Assembly (NCBI GenBank): GCA_009844405.1
Contig: VYBO01000130.1
Span: 12 to 64,011, forward strand
Direction of reading: 5' to 3'
Origin: Acidimicrobiaceae bacterium
GTDB lineage: Bacteria; Actinomycetota; Acidimicrobiia; Acidimicrobiales; Aldehydirespiratoraceae
Length of the DNA: 64,000 nt
A program made the position numbers and the translations under genes. Positions 54,232-62,709 of this stretch are shown here, piece after piece. How positions within the stretch are numbered: position 1 is the stretch's first letter; each line of letters begins with the position of its first letter. Under the pieces are notes generated by a model. That model had not been told where the DNA came from and made no database searches. It worked only from the letters and a program-made list of their open reading frames with translations.

Positions 54232-54780
54232 CTAGAGCCCCAGGTCCTCGCGCATCTCGTCTACCGGATAAAGATCCGTGGCGTGTCTGAGCGCGTCGGC
54301 GATCAGGTCGAACACTTCGTCGTCGCCTAGGTCTGCCACCGCGTCGGCCAGCCACATCTGCATCGCTTCGGTGCCTGATCCGGCGGGCAGCTCGCGGCCC
54401 TCTGCGGCTAGCGCCCTCTCGAGCACCAGCTGTGATGCCATTACTGTGATCACCAGATCAGCTATGCCGCTACGCATCGGGTCGTCCAGCTCCCCGAGCA
54501 CCGGTCCGCCCCACAACGCCACCAGGCGGCGCCGCGCCATCGCCGTCAAGTAAAGGCCGCCAGTCTCCATGCGGCGATGCTCCAGCACACACTCGGTGCT
54601 CTCGTCGTAGTCGCGGTGAGCGCGCAGCAGGCGCCTCAGCGCCTCAGAGCGCTCAAAGGCCGGATACACCGCAGCCCTACGCGCCTCGGCTGCCGCGGCA
54701 TACTCCTGCTGCAACTCGCGCAGTCGCTCTATCGCGCGTTGGCGCTCGGTGTCGTCGAAGCGCGGTTCTCGTTCGTTCAT
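54232..54780 (-). CDS. Hypothetical protein (182 aa), first gene of the MNT/HEPN-like cluster
   Basis: ORF with normal, helical amino-acid composition, 27 nt upstream of the MNT gene on the same strand. No motif recognised. Confidence 0.45.
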   Translation of the reverse strand: MNEREPRFDDTERQRAIERLRELQQEYAAAAEARRAAVYPAFERSEALRRLLRAHRDYDESTECVLEHRRMETGGLYLTAMARRRLVALWGGPVLGELDDPMRSGIADLVITVMASQLVLERALAAEGRELPAGSGTEAMQMWLADAVADLGDDEVFDLIADALRHATDLYPVDEMREDLGL

Positions 54781-54833
54781 GGTTCTGCTCCCTGCCGGTA
54801 CGCGTCAGTGCTGGGCGGCTGCGTTTGACATGC

Positions 54834-54982
54834 AGACGCAAGAAGCAGGTGTCGGCCAGTATCAGCCCGTACCGGAAAGTGGGTTTGACGTGGGCTTTCG
54901 CGATTCGGCCGTGTCAGCGAGTGCCTGTGGATATCGCCCAGCTTCTAACCGTACGTTAGAAGATCCGTTAGAAGATCGGCCC
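54834..54982 (+). repeat. ~150-bp island-arm repeat, right copy
   Basis: Matches 39850-39999 with scattered substitutions and one 1-nt indel. It lies 62 nt from the tRNA-Thr(TGT) 3' end. Confidence 0.85.
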
Positions 54983-55044
54983 TTGGGCCCGGATTCGGAG
55001 TCTCGCCAACATCACAGAAATAGGCTTTGAAGTCCTGTTTTGCT

Positions 55045-55121
<77 letters not shown>

Positions 55122-55382
55122 CGGGTTTGCGCGCATTGATGCGCGAGTTGGGGGGGCGTCTCCGATGAGGTTACCCGTGGTCGAACTGGGTGAAGTCCGC
55201 CTGCCAGACCCGGTTGGGGGTGTTGTCCACCGAGCACCCAAATTGTTGATCCACGAAAGCGTGTGTCTGTTGCCGTGGACATTGCAGGACCAGCATCGGT
55301 AGCGTTGCAAGACCTGCATCGGTTTTGTTGTGTATCCTCCATTGTGGCGTTGCAGTCCTAGCATTGAGAAATTGCAATCATA

Positions 55383-55472
55383 AGAGGCCCCGCGGATAGG
55401 CGGGCGACCCGGCCCATACGGGGCGGGGCCGTAGCCCGAGCGGCCCGTGAGCGAAGCGAACAAGAGCGGAAA
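55383..55472 (-). repeat. Dispersed intergenic repeat, copy 4 (reverse orientation, more diverged)
   Basis: The reverse complement reads TTCCGCTCTTGTTCGCTTCGCTCACGGGCCGCTCGGGCTACGGCC...CCGCGGGGCCTCT. Confidence 0.7.
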
Positions 55473-55540
55473 TGACCACCCTGCGACGCGATCGGCCGCC
55501 GATCAATCCGCGCTCGCTCTAACATCAGAGTGTAGGGTGG

Positions 55541-55786
55541 ATGCACCTGGAGGTCGACGCGATCATCCGGCGACGGAACGGCGAGTGGATCGCGGTCGAG
55601 ATCAAGCTCGGGGGCCGGGCCGCGGTCGAAGCCGCCGCGGCCTCGCTCACCAAGCTCCGAGACGACCGGATCGACCCAGCCAAGGTAGGCGCACCTCGCC
55701 GGCTGGTGGTGGTCACCGCCACCGGCTTCGCCTACGAACGCACCGACGGCGTGGCCGTGGTGCCCATCACCGCCCTCGGCCCCTGA
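55541..55786 (+). pseudogene. C-terminal fragment of an AAA-ATPase/DUF4143-family protein
   Basis: ..LEVDAIIRRRNGEWIAVEIKLGG.. is the restriction-endonuclease-like C-terminal module of DUF4143 ATPases. The N-terminal ATPase part is missing, and the repeat element lies directly upstream. Confidence 0.5.
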
Positions 55787-55874
55787 ACGCACAAGCCGTG
55801 GCCAGGGCCTGGTTGGGCTAGAGTCAGCGGATCAGGTTCGATTCGGCCCAGCGCTCCGCGGCTTCCGCGTCCTG

Positions 55875-56915
55875 ATGCAGCCGCGTCGCCGGAACGCGCT
55901 CGGTGCGGCGTGCATCGCCGGGGCGGCCGTCGCCTACTCGCTGATCCCGCTGCCGATCCGGTACGCGGGCGAGGGCTTCTCCGTCCTCGTCCTGGGCACG
56001 CTCATGGAGTCGGCCTGCGCGACGATGCTGCTGGTCGCGCTGGCCGTGACGGCTCGGCCCGCGCTGGGCGTGGGCCCGCTCGAGGCGATGCGTCCGGCAC
56101 GACTCGTGGCGCTGCCCCCCGTCGCGCCGGCAGGCCCGCGTCCGAGCGTGCTCCTGGCACTGCTGCTGATCACCGCACCCAATGTCCTGCTGTACGCCGG
56201 CACCGCTGCCCTGCTGCCGCTCGTGGTGCTGTCCTGCTTCTCGGACGGCCTCGACGTCGTGCCGCAGTCCCTTCTGATCGCTCGCTGGAGCGGCAGCAGC
56301 CGGAGCATCTCGACCCGCAGCGCCACCATGATGTGCGGACTGCCGATCGCGGTGGCCGCGGTCGTGTGGAGCCAGACGGCCCCCGGCCAGATCGAGGGAG
56401 GCTCATGGCGGAGCACGGCTGTCGGGCTCGTGCTGGGGGTGCTGACCACGGCGACGTACGCCGTGCGGCCATCGGCGGGGATCATCTACGGCGACCGCTG
56501 CGCCCTGGCCCGGCGCGACGGGCGCAGGGCCGTGTCCGTCAAGGAGTACGGCGTCGCCCTCTGGTGGTCGACGTTCGCCGCCTCGGCGGTCAGCGTTCCG
56601 ATCGTGGCCGCGGTCGGGCTGACGTTCGCCCTCGGCGGATTGGGCGCCACCCGCTCGGCGGCGTTCGGGGCAGCGTCCGGACTGATCATGGGTTGCGCCC
56701 GCCTGCTGCACCGGGCCGGCAACATCGTCACCGCCGACACGCGAGTCAACAGCCTGCTCTACGCGTCTCCGGCGCTGGCGGCCATATGGCTGACGATCGC
56801 AGGCGACCCCATCTACCAGCCTTTGCTGTTCGCAGGCGGCATGGCGGTCATCTTCGGACTCAACGCGGCCATCGCAGCAGACCGCAGCGGGCGGCAGTCA
56901 GCCCAGGCGCAGTAG
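55875..56915 (+). CDS. Polytopic membrane protein (DMT/EamA-like topology, hypothetical)
   Basis: 346-aa ORF with about 10 hydrophobic spans. No specific motif. Confidence 0.55.
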   Translation: MQPRRRNALGAACIAGAAVAYSLIPLPIRYAGEGFSVLVLGTLMESACATMLLVALAVTARPALGVGPLEAMRPARLVALPPVAPAGPRPSVLLALLLITAPNVLLYAGTAALLPLVVLSCFSDGLDVVPQSLLIARWSGSSRSISTRSATMMCGLPIAVAAVVWSQTAPGQIEGGSWRSTAVGLVLGVLTTATYAVRPSAGIIYGDRCALARRDGRRAVSVKEYGVALWWSTFAASAVSVPIVAAVGLTFALGGLGATRSAAFGAASGLIMGCARLLHRAGNIVTADTRVNSLLYASPALAAIWLTIAGDPIYQPLLFAGGMAVIFGLNAAIAADRSGRQSAQAQ

Positions 56916-56925
56916 TGCCCCGGGG

Positions 56926-57285
56926 TCAGCAGGCGCTGAGGGCTGCGGCGGCGCGGGTCTTGAGCCCGGCGCCCAGGCCGTCGTCGTAGGCGACTACCCG
57001 GTCGGCGGTGGCGGGCGTCAGGCCCGTCCACAGGACCGGGGCCCACGGCACCTGCGCCGACACGACGATGCCGGAGTCGGCGGCGGCGCATGCCTCGACG
57101 CCTTCGGTCTCAGGGGGCGCACATCCATCGTGGGTGATGCAACTGGCCACGAAGGCGGCCGCGGCGTGCTCGGCCCGGATCTCGGCCAGGTCGTTGGCCG
57201 CGGCATAGGCCGCGTGGTCGCGCAGCGAGACGGCCATGGCGGTGACCATCGCGGCCAGCATCAGTACCAGCACCGGGACCGTCAT
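56926..57285 (-). CDS. TadE/TadG-like pseudopilin-type protein
   Basis: 119-aa ORF with an N-terminal TM (MTVPVLVLMLAAMVTAMAV) and an Ala-rich body. Sits in the Tad-like cluster. Confidence 0.5.
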   Translation of the reverse strand: MTVPVLVLMLAAMVTAMAVSLRDHAAYAAANDLAEIRAEHAAAAFVASCITHDGCAPPETEGVEACAAADSGIVVSAQVPWAPVLWTGLTPATADRVVAYDDGLGAGLKTRAAAALSAC

Positions 57286-57292
57286 CCGGGCC

Positions 57293-57673
57293 TCACTGCG
57301 ACGCGGGGCAGGCGACCCGTACGTGTGCCGATGCGGCCGGCCGGGACTGGGCGTAGCCGGTTACGCACACCCGGTTGCCGGCCGGCGGGCCGGACGCCTC
57401 GCACACCACCGTGACCGTCGCTGACTGGCTCGCGTCGGCGTGGACGAGGGTCGCACTGGTCTGGACGCAGGCCGAGAGCGTCGCCCCCAGAGCGACCCGC
57501 TCGGCGGACTCGGCTGCCTCGGGAGCGCCCGCCTGCGCCGCGGCCTGCGCGGCAAGTTCGGCTGCAACGGCGGCGCGGGCCTGGCCGTTGGCGAAGCCTC
57601 CGACGAAGGCGACCGCCCACAGTGCGAGCGCCACGACCGGGGCGGCCAGCACCAGCGCCACCGCCTCATCCAT
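57293..57673 (-). CDS. TadE-like protein
   Basis: 126-aa ORF with an N-terminal hydrophobic segment and an Ala-rich body. Tad cluster position. Confidence 0.5.
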   Translation of the reverse strand: MDEAVALVLAAPVVALALWAVAFVGGFANGQARAAVAAELAAQAAAQAGAPEAAESAERVALGATLSACVQTSATLVHADASQSATVTVVCEASGPPAGNRVCVTGYAQSRPAASAHVRVACPASQ

Positions 57674-57802
57674 CAGTCGTACCGTCCGCAGCGGGGTCGG
57701 CTAGCGCGGCGGCGCGACTGCCGGCGGCGGCAACCTCCGTATCGGGGCCGGCCGGTGCAGCGCGGCGGCTGCCCGCGGTGGCACTCGGCGGGTCGGAGGG
57801 GT

Positions 57803-57876
57803 CGGTCAGCATGGTGGTGCGAGGGCCCGGCCGGTGTCGCGGCTCGTGTCCGGTCAGCATGGTGGTGCGAGGGCCC
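57803..57876. repeat. 26-bp perfect direct repeat x2 (48-bp period)
   Basis: CGGTCAGCATGGTGGTGCGAGGGCCC occurs at 57803-57828 and 57851-57876. The second copy contains the stop codon of the 57854..58270 gene. Confidence 0.8.
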
Positions 57877-58270
57877 AGCCCGTGGCAGAGGCGGCCCGCG
57901 ACGGCCGGCAGGCCACCGCGGTGGCTTCCAGCCAGGCTCGGGCGCCGGCTGCGCCGACGGTGACCGTGGCCACCACCGTGCAAGACGGCTCGGCGGTGAG
58001 GGTGTAGCCGGTGGCCGTGGCGGCCGAGCGGGCGCCCGTGCGGGTCGCCGCGGCCCGGGCGGCGGACTCCTCGGCCTCGGCCCAGCCGGGGTGGGCGTCG
58101 GTGCAGTCCCAGCCGGCGCCGTCGAGGACCTGAGCAGCCGCAGTGGCGGCGGCCACCGCCGCGGTGGAGGCGGTGATCCTGGCCACCTGGTGCAGGTAGA
58201 TGCCGAAGCTGACCGCCACCACCACGAAAATCAACGCGGTGGTGCGCAGCGCCGCGAAGGCGGTGTCCAT
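57854..58270 (-). CDS. TadE-like protein
   Basis: 138-aa ORF with an N-terminal TM (ALRTTALIFVVVAVSFGIYL). Tad cluster position. Confidence 0.5.
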   Translation of the reverse strand: MDTAFAALRTTALIFVVVAVSFGIYLHQVARITASTAAVAAATAAAQVLDGAGWDCTDAHPGWAEAEESAARAAATRTGARSAATATGYTLTAEPSCTVVATVTVGAAGARAWLEATAVACRPSRAASATGWALAPPC

Positions 58271-58318
58271 CGGCGGCGCCTGGCTGGATGCTCAGCGACC
58301 CGGTTGGAGTCGAGGCGC

Positions 58319-58537
58319 CTAAGCGCACGTACCGGGAGTACTACTGGTGCCAGCAGTCCATTTTCCGCCGACGGCATCGCACAGGTTCTCGTGCTTGATC
58401 TGGGCCCTGTCGGTGCCTGGGTTCTTCTCGGTCGTGGGGGTGTTGTTGCCGACGACCTGCCAGGTGAACAGCACCACTGCGGCGGTGATGGCGATGGTGG
58501 CGGCGAGCATGATGATCTTGGCGACGGGTGAGTCCAT
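58319..58537 (-). CDS. Small secreted/membrane protein, candidate Flp-type pilin
   Basis: 72 aa: MDSPVAKIIMLAATIAITAAVVLFTWQVV... Strong RBS (AAGGAGG) 7 nt upstream. Sits between the TadC-like and TadE-like genes. Confidence 0.5.
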   Translation of the reverse strand: MDSPVAKIIMLAATIAITAAVVLFTWQVVGNNTPTTEKNPGTDRAQIKHENLCDAVGGKWTAGTSSTPGTCA

Positions 58538-58593
58538 GTGTCGGCCTCCTTGGCGACGTTCGTGTGACTTTCGGGATGGGCGGGGAGCGGGGC

Positions 58594-59382
58594 TCACACG
58601 CCGATATCGACGCTGGCCAGCAGCGCGATCACCACGACCGCGCTGGCGGTGACGGCGAGGAGGGTGCCGGTTCCGGCCACCGACCGGCCCAGTGCCTCGA
58701 TGCGGACCCGGCGCTGGTCCTCGAGGGCCTGCACGGCTTGGGCGATGAGCCGGTCGATCAGGCCTGCGGCCGCCGCCCCGCCCCGCTCGGCCGCCGTCAG
58801 GGTGCCGACCAGAGTCTCGGCAGCGGACCCGGCAAAATGCGCCGACGCGGCGCCGAGAGGGTCGCGTCCCGAGGTGAGGGCCAGGTTGATGCTGGTGGCG
58901 ACCGGCGCGAAGGCGGGCGCCTCCACCCGCTCGGCCGCCTCGACCGCGGCTTCGTTGATGGGGCGGCCCGCGGCCACGAACAGGCGGATGCGGCGAAGCC
59001 ACTCGAGCAGGGCGGCGTCGCGCCGGGCCCGGAAGCCCGACAGTACGCCCCGGCGCAGCAGCGGCGCCACGGCCACCGGCACCCAACACGACACGGCTAC
59101 CGCCGCCACGGCGCCGGTCCGGAAGCCCGAGAGCAGGGTCCCGGCTGCCAGCACCAAGACTGCGACTGTGGGCGTAGCCACCACCGACGCCGCCCGCAGC
59201 CGGTGCGGCGGCCATCCCGCGGCCGCGAGTTCGACCGTGTTGGCCTGCTGGGGCGCGGCGGCGAGCACCAGCCGCAGCGCCGCTGCTGCGCCGGAGGCGG
59301 CCGCCAACCAGATCATCGCCGGCCATTCCGGCCGTCTGGCAGGCCGGCGCGCCCAACCGTCGGCGACGCTTCGTGGGTGCAA
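58594..59382 (-). CDS. Type II secretion system F-family protein (TadC-like)
   Basis: 262-aa membrane protein with a T2SS-F-like layout (TM - cytoplasmic helical domain - 2 TM). Tad cluster position. Confidence 0.6.
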   Translation of the reverse strand: MHPRSVADGWARRPARRPEWPAMIWLAAASGAAAALRLVLAAAPQQANTVELAAAGWPPHRLRAASVVATPTVAVLVLAAGTLLSGFRTGAVAAVAVSCWVPVAVAPLLRRGVLSGFRARRDAALLEWLRRIRLFVAAGRPINEAAVEAAERVEAPAFAPVATSINLALTSGRDPLGAASAHFAGSAAETLVGTLTAAERGGAAAAGLIDRLIAQAVQALEDQRRVRIEALGRSVAGTGTLLAVTASAVVVIALLASVDIGV

Positions 59383-59474
59383 CTCGCCGCCACTTCGCCA
59401 GCATGACCGCCCTCCGCGCTCCGGGCTGTTGCGGCCCGGCGCAGCGGGTCTGTGGTCAGCGGCGCGCCCGACCG

Positions 59475-59592
59475 TCCGGTATCGAGCCTCGCTTTCGGAT
59501 CATTGAAGCCTGCCGGAGATCGAGGACGCCGCCGAGGCGGTCGCCGGAGTCCGGTATCGAGTCTTGCGCTACGGATCATTGAAGCCCCCCGG
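59475..59592. repeat. ~43-bp imperfect direct repeat x2
   Basis: TCCGGTATCGAGCCTCGCTTTCGGATCATTGAAGCCTGCCGGA (59475-59517) and TCCGGTATCGAGTCTTGCGCTACGGATCATTGAAGCCCCCCGGA (59549-59592). The second copy overlaps the stop of the TadB-like gene. Confidence 0.75.
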
Positions 59593-60391
59593 ATCCCGTG
59601 GCCGACCGGGCGGGCAGCAGGACTCGCGCGCTCAACGCCGCGGTCATGACCGCTCCGGCCAGCAAGAGCGCGGCCCCCTGGGAGCCGGCCAGCCACGCCC
59701 CGACGTCGGCGGCGACCTGTCCGGCCCCGGCGACGAGCCCAGCCCCGAGCAGCACCACGAGGGCCAGCGTGGGCATGGCAGCCGCCACACGGCCATGGAA
59801 CTGCCGGGCCGTCGCCGCGATCTGGGAGGCCTCCGCCTCGAGCACGGTCACGGTCTCGGCCCAGCGCCCGCCGCCCTCGGCCGAGACGGCGATCAGGTCG
59901 GCCAGGGAGGCGGCCACCGCGGACGGCACCCGGGCCGCGAACCGCTCGGCCGCGATGTCTGCCCCGAGGCTCTCGCAGTCGGCGGCCATCGCCACCGCCG
60001 CCTCGCCCACGTTTCCGCTCACGAGCGGCGCGGCCCGGGCGACCGCGTCGGAGGCGGTCACCGCCACCGCGGCCTGGTTGGCCAGCACGCTCGCGAATCG
60101 AGCCACCCCCTCGGCGGTGGCGACCCGCCGCCACGACGACACCAGAACCTTCGTCGCCGACGTGCACACCACCGCGCCGATCGCCGCCGCGGCCGCGTGG
60201 CCGGCTGCGAGGCCCAGGGCGATCATGGCGGCCCCGGCCGCGGCCGCGGCGGGAAGCTCGGCCGGGATGCGGGTCCGCCGGCGCCGACCCGTCCTCGCCT
60301 GCAACGACCAGCGGGTCCCGTCGGCCGGCCACAGCATGATGGCGAGCACCAGCGATCCGCCGGCGCAGATGATCCATCCCGAGGCGGTCAT
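59576..60391 (-). CDS. Type II secretion system F-family protein (TadB-like)
   Basis: Start chosen at MTASGWIICAGGSLVLAIML (ATG 60391, GGAGAG RBS). The ORF track extends to 60475. Membrane protein upstream of the TadC-like gene. Confidence 0.55.
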   Translation of the reverse strand: MTASGWIICAGGSLVLAIMLWPADGTRWSLQARTGRRRRTRIPAELPAAAAAGAAMIALGLAAGHAAAAAIGAVVCTSATKVLVSSWRRVATAEGVARFASVLANQAAVAVTASDAVARAAPLVSGNVGEAAVAMAADCESLGADIAAERFAARVPSAVAASLADLIAVSAEGGGRWAETVTVLEAEASQIAATARQFHGRVAAAMPTLALVVLLGAGLVAGAGQVAADVGAWLAGSQGAALLLAGAVMTAALSARVLLPARSATGSGGLQ

Positions 60392-60437
60392 CGGCGCTCT
60401 CCGTTCGTCCCATCGACAGCGATCCCTCCCGGAGCAC

Positions 60438-62090
60438 TCATCGGGGTGCTCCGTTGCGCTCCGTGTTGGCCGCATCGCGGCCGGAAGGGCTGCCGCCGAC
60501 CAGCTGCAGGACGGGCCGGTACGGGGCGGCCTCCGGAGCGGGGCAGTCGACCTCGACCCCCGCCGACCGGTATACGTCGGCCACGCGGCCCACCGGCGGG
60601 GCCTCGGGCGCGGCCCAGCGCTGCCCGGGCTGGAGGCGCCACAGGCAGCGCGTCCCGATCGTGCCGTCGACGTCGATGCCGGTGATCTGAGTCACGTCCG
60701 CGATGACCCGCTCACTGGCGTGGTTGCGCCCCATCCACACCAGCAGGTGAACCGCGATGGCGATCGACCGTCGGGCCAGGCCCTCGTCGGCGCCCTCGGA
60801 GGTGGCGTAGGCGGTGAGTTTCTCGAGCACCCCGTCGCCGGGCGGGGAGTGCAGGGTGACGAGGCATCCGTCGAGACCCGAGGACATGGCATCGAGCAGG
60901 GCCATGGTGCCCTCGCCCCTCACCTCGCCCACCACCAGCTTGGAGCTGTTGGCCCGCTTGGCGTCGCGCACGTGGTCGGCCATGGAGTGCTTGCCCACGC
61001 CGTCGTTGTTGGCGTCCCTGGTGAGCCGCTCGTAGGCGTTGGGGTGGATGCCGTACTCGCGCAGCCTCAGTTCGGGGGTGTCCTCGATGGTGTCGATGCG
61101 CTCCTCGGACGGCACCTGCGCCAGCAGCGCCTGGCAGAGCGTGGTCTTGCCGCCCCCCATGGCGGCCGCGACCACCACGTTGGCTCGCATGTCGCCGGCG
61201 ACGGCCTCCACCAGCACGTCGGCCAGCTGGGTGCTGCACAGGCCCAACTCGGCAAGCGTGCGCCGGCCGCCGAGGTTGCTGCGGAGCACCAGAGTCGGCG
61301 GCGTGCAGACGAACGCCTCGGCGTGAAGGCGCCACCGGCCGCCGATGCGGGTGTCGAGGCGGGGGTCGAGCTCGTCGAAGCGCTGCGGCCGCTCGCCCGC
61401 GTAGGCGGCCAGGAACCGGCACGCCCCGATCATCTCGTCGTCGCTCGAGAACGGGGACGATCGGCTCTGCCGCTCGCCGTTGGAGAACTCGACCAGCATC
61501 GATTCGCCGCCCCGGATCTGGAACTCCTCCACCCCGTCCTCACCCAGCAGCTCCCGCAGCCGGTCGGCGGCCGCGGCGGCGGCCGACTCGCGGCGCGTGG
61601 TCCGGTCGGCGCCGTCCATGCGCTGCGGCGCGGCGGCCAACGAGCCCAGCGAGCGGCCCAGGCGGCGCAGTGTCCGCTCCGGGCGCCTGGCGGGCGTGTA
61701 CGGCACCGCTCGCACTGCCTGGGCGCCGGCCAGCAGCCGCAGTTCGGCGGTGTCCACCGCATGGTCCGCGACCACTACCAGAGCCAACGGCACCCTGGCC
61801 GCGGAACCGGTGCTCAGGCTCAACCGGTCCCGCAGGCCGCGGCCCGAGCCTGCGGTCACCCACACCACTCCGGCGGCCGCGGCCGCGGTGGTGCGCTGCA
61901 CGCTGTCGCTCTCGCACGGGTCCAACGCCACGACCGAGGCCCGATGAGGCGCGGCGGCCAGGGCCCGGTCGGCGAGCGACTCGCCCACCACCAGATCGGC
62001 GGCCGAGGAGCGCACTCCCTCGATGATGGTGCGCACCACCCAGCCGGCGGCCTGCGGGTCGAGTCGGCGGTCAGTTGAGACCATCAGCAT
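60438..62090 (-). CDS. TadA/CpaF-family secretion ATPase with a ~170-aa N-terminal extension
   Basis: Walker A AAAMGGGKTTLCQALL, Asp box ..ERIDTIEDTPEL.., Walker B/His box ..KLVVGEVRGEGTMALLDAMSSG..GCLVTLHS... The N-terminal region is Ala-rich and lacks a P-loop. Confidence 0.8.
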   Translation of the reverse strand: MLMVSTDRRLDPQAAGWVVRTIIEGVRSSAADLVVGESLADRALAAAPHRASVVALDPCESDSVQRTTAAAAAGVVWVTAGSGRGLRDRLSLSTGSAARVPLALVVVADHAVDTAELRLLAGAQAVRAVPYTPARRPERTLRRLGRSLGSLAAAPQRMDGADRTTRRESAAAAAADRLRELLGEDGVEEFQIRGGESMLVEFSNGERQSRSSPFSSDDEMIGACRFLAAYAGERPQRFDELDPRLDTRIGGRWRLHAEAFVCTPPTLVLRSNLGGRRTLAELGLCSTQLADVLVEAVAGDMRANVVVAAAMGGGKTTLCQALLAQVPSEERIDTIEDTPELRLREYGIHPNAYERLTRDANNDGVGKHSMADHVRDAKRANSSKLVVGEVRGEGTMALLDAMSSGLDGCLVTLHSPPGDGVLEKLTAYATSEGADEGLARRSIAIAVHLLVWMGRNHASERVIADVTQITGIDVDGTIGTRCLWRLQPGQRWAAPEAPPVGRVADVYRSAGVEVDCPAPEAAPYRPVLQLVGGSPSGRDAANTERNGAPR

Positions 62091-62700
62091 CGTCGGACCT
62101 CCCTTCGCCCGGTTGCGGCGCCCGTTGCGGTGCCGGGCAGCCGGGCCAGCCCGCCGGAGGCGATTCCCATATCCACCAAACCGTCGGGCCCAGGACGGCG
62201 GCCAACTGGGGTCGGGCCTCGACCACCACCGTGCTTTCCCCCGCGACCACCACTGGCAGCACCGCGGCGGCGCAGCCGCCCGGCTGCGCGGCCAGCACCG
62301 CGGCGTCTCCGGCCTGCGGCCCCGGGTCGGGCCAGAGCGACCAGTCCACCGCCACCGCCAGCAGGGCTGCCGACAGGTCCGACGCGGCGGGCACGACGGA
62401 GTCGGTCAGCATGGTCCCGGACACGACCGTGCCTGCCGGCACCGGCACCGCAGGCACGCGACCGGCCAGCTGATCGGCAGTCACGAACAGCGCGGCGGAC
62501 GCCTCGGGCATCTCCACCGTCACGAACTCGCCCGGCTCGCGCCCGGCTGGCCAGTCCTCGGCCGCGGCCACGACCTGCACGGTGGGCTGGGGCTCGGGGC
62601 GGCCGAACAGCCACACCGAGAGCACCACCACCACGACGATCAGGGCTGCGGCCGCGAATCGCCTGGCCTGCCCCGACATGGGCGCTGATGTTCCGGCCAT
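62071..62700 (-). CDS. CpaB/RcpC-like (SAF-domain-type) pilus assembly protein
   Basis: 209-aa ORF with an N-terminal TM (AAALIVVVVVLSVWLF). Sits upstream of the ATPase with a 20-nt overlap. Assignment is by position and topology only. Confidence 0.4.
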   Translation of the reverse strand: MAGTSAPMSGQARRFAAAALIVVVVVLSVWLFGRPEPQPTVQVVAAAEDWPAGREPGEFVTVEMPEASAALFVTADQLAGRVPAVPVPAGTVVSGTMLTDSVVPAASDLSAALLAVAVDWSLWPDPGPQAGDAAVLAAQPGGCAAAVLPVVVAGESTVVVEARPQLAAVLGPTVWWIWESPPAGWPGCPAPQRAPQPGEGRSDDADGLN

Positions 62701-62709
62701 CTGCGCCTC

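Larger units (their letters stand above)
39810..55044. mobile_element. tRNA-Thr(TGT)-associated genomic island (~15.2 kb, defence-gene rich, no integrase detected)
   Basis: Bounded by the intact tRNA (55045-55121) and a 44-nt perfect duplicate of its 3' part. ~150-bp imperfect direct repeats lie just inside both ends. The content is TA and defence-type genes unrelated to the flanking core. Confidence 0.75.

Noticed and set aside
54749-55030. 93-aa ORF spanning the right island-arm repeat
   Set aside because: The homologous left copy (39850-39999) is not embedded in an equivalent ORF, and substitutions between copies show no codon-position bias by eye. It is treated as non-coding repeat DNA.
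39858-55044. Search for an integrase, recombinase, transposase or reverse transcriptase inside island 2
   Set aside because: None of the ORFs of 60 aa or more shows tyrosine-recombinase (R..HxxR..Y), serine-recombinase, DDE or RT (YxDD) signatures. Absence is reported rather than forcing a call, and a profile search could still reveal a diverged one.
57803-57876. Possible CRISPR-like array (26-bp repeat)
   Set aside because: There are only two copies with a 22-bp spacer, they lie inside or adjacent to a coding 3' end, and there are no cas genes. No CRISPR array is visible anywhere in the window.
59598-62078. 826-aa + strand ORF across the TadB/TadA region, plus 62130..63221, 57440..58531 and 58319..59404
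   Set aside because: These are shadow ORFs with Ala/Arg/Pro-rich composition and no motifs. The opposite strand encodes coherent Tad proteins. Only the last 72 codons of 58319..59404 (from ATG 58537, with a strong RBS) look real.
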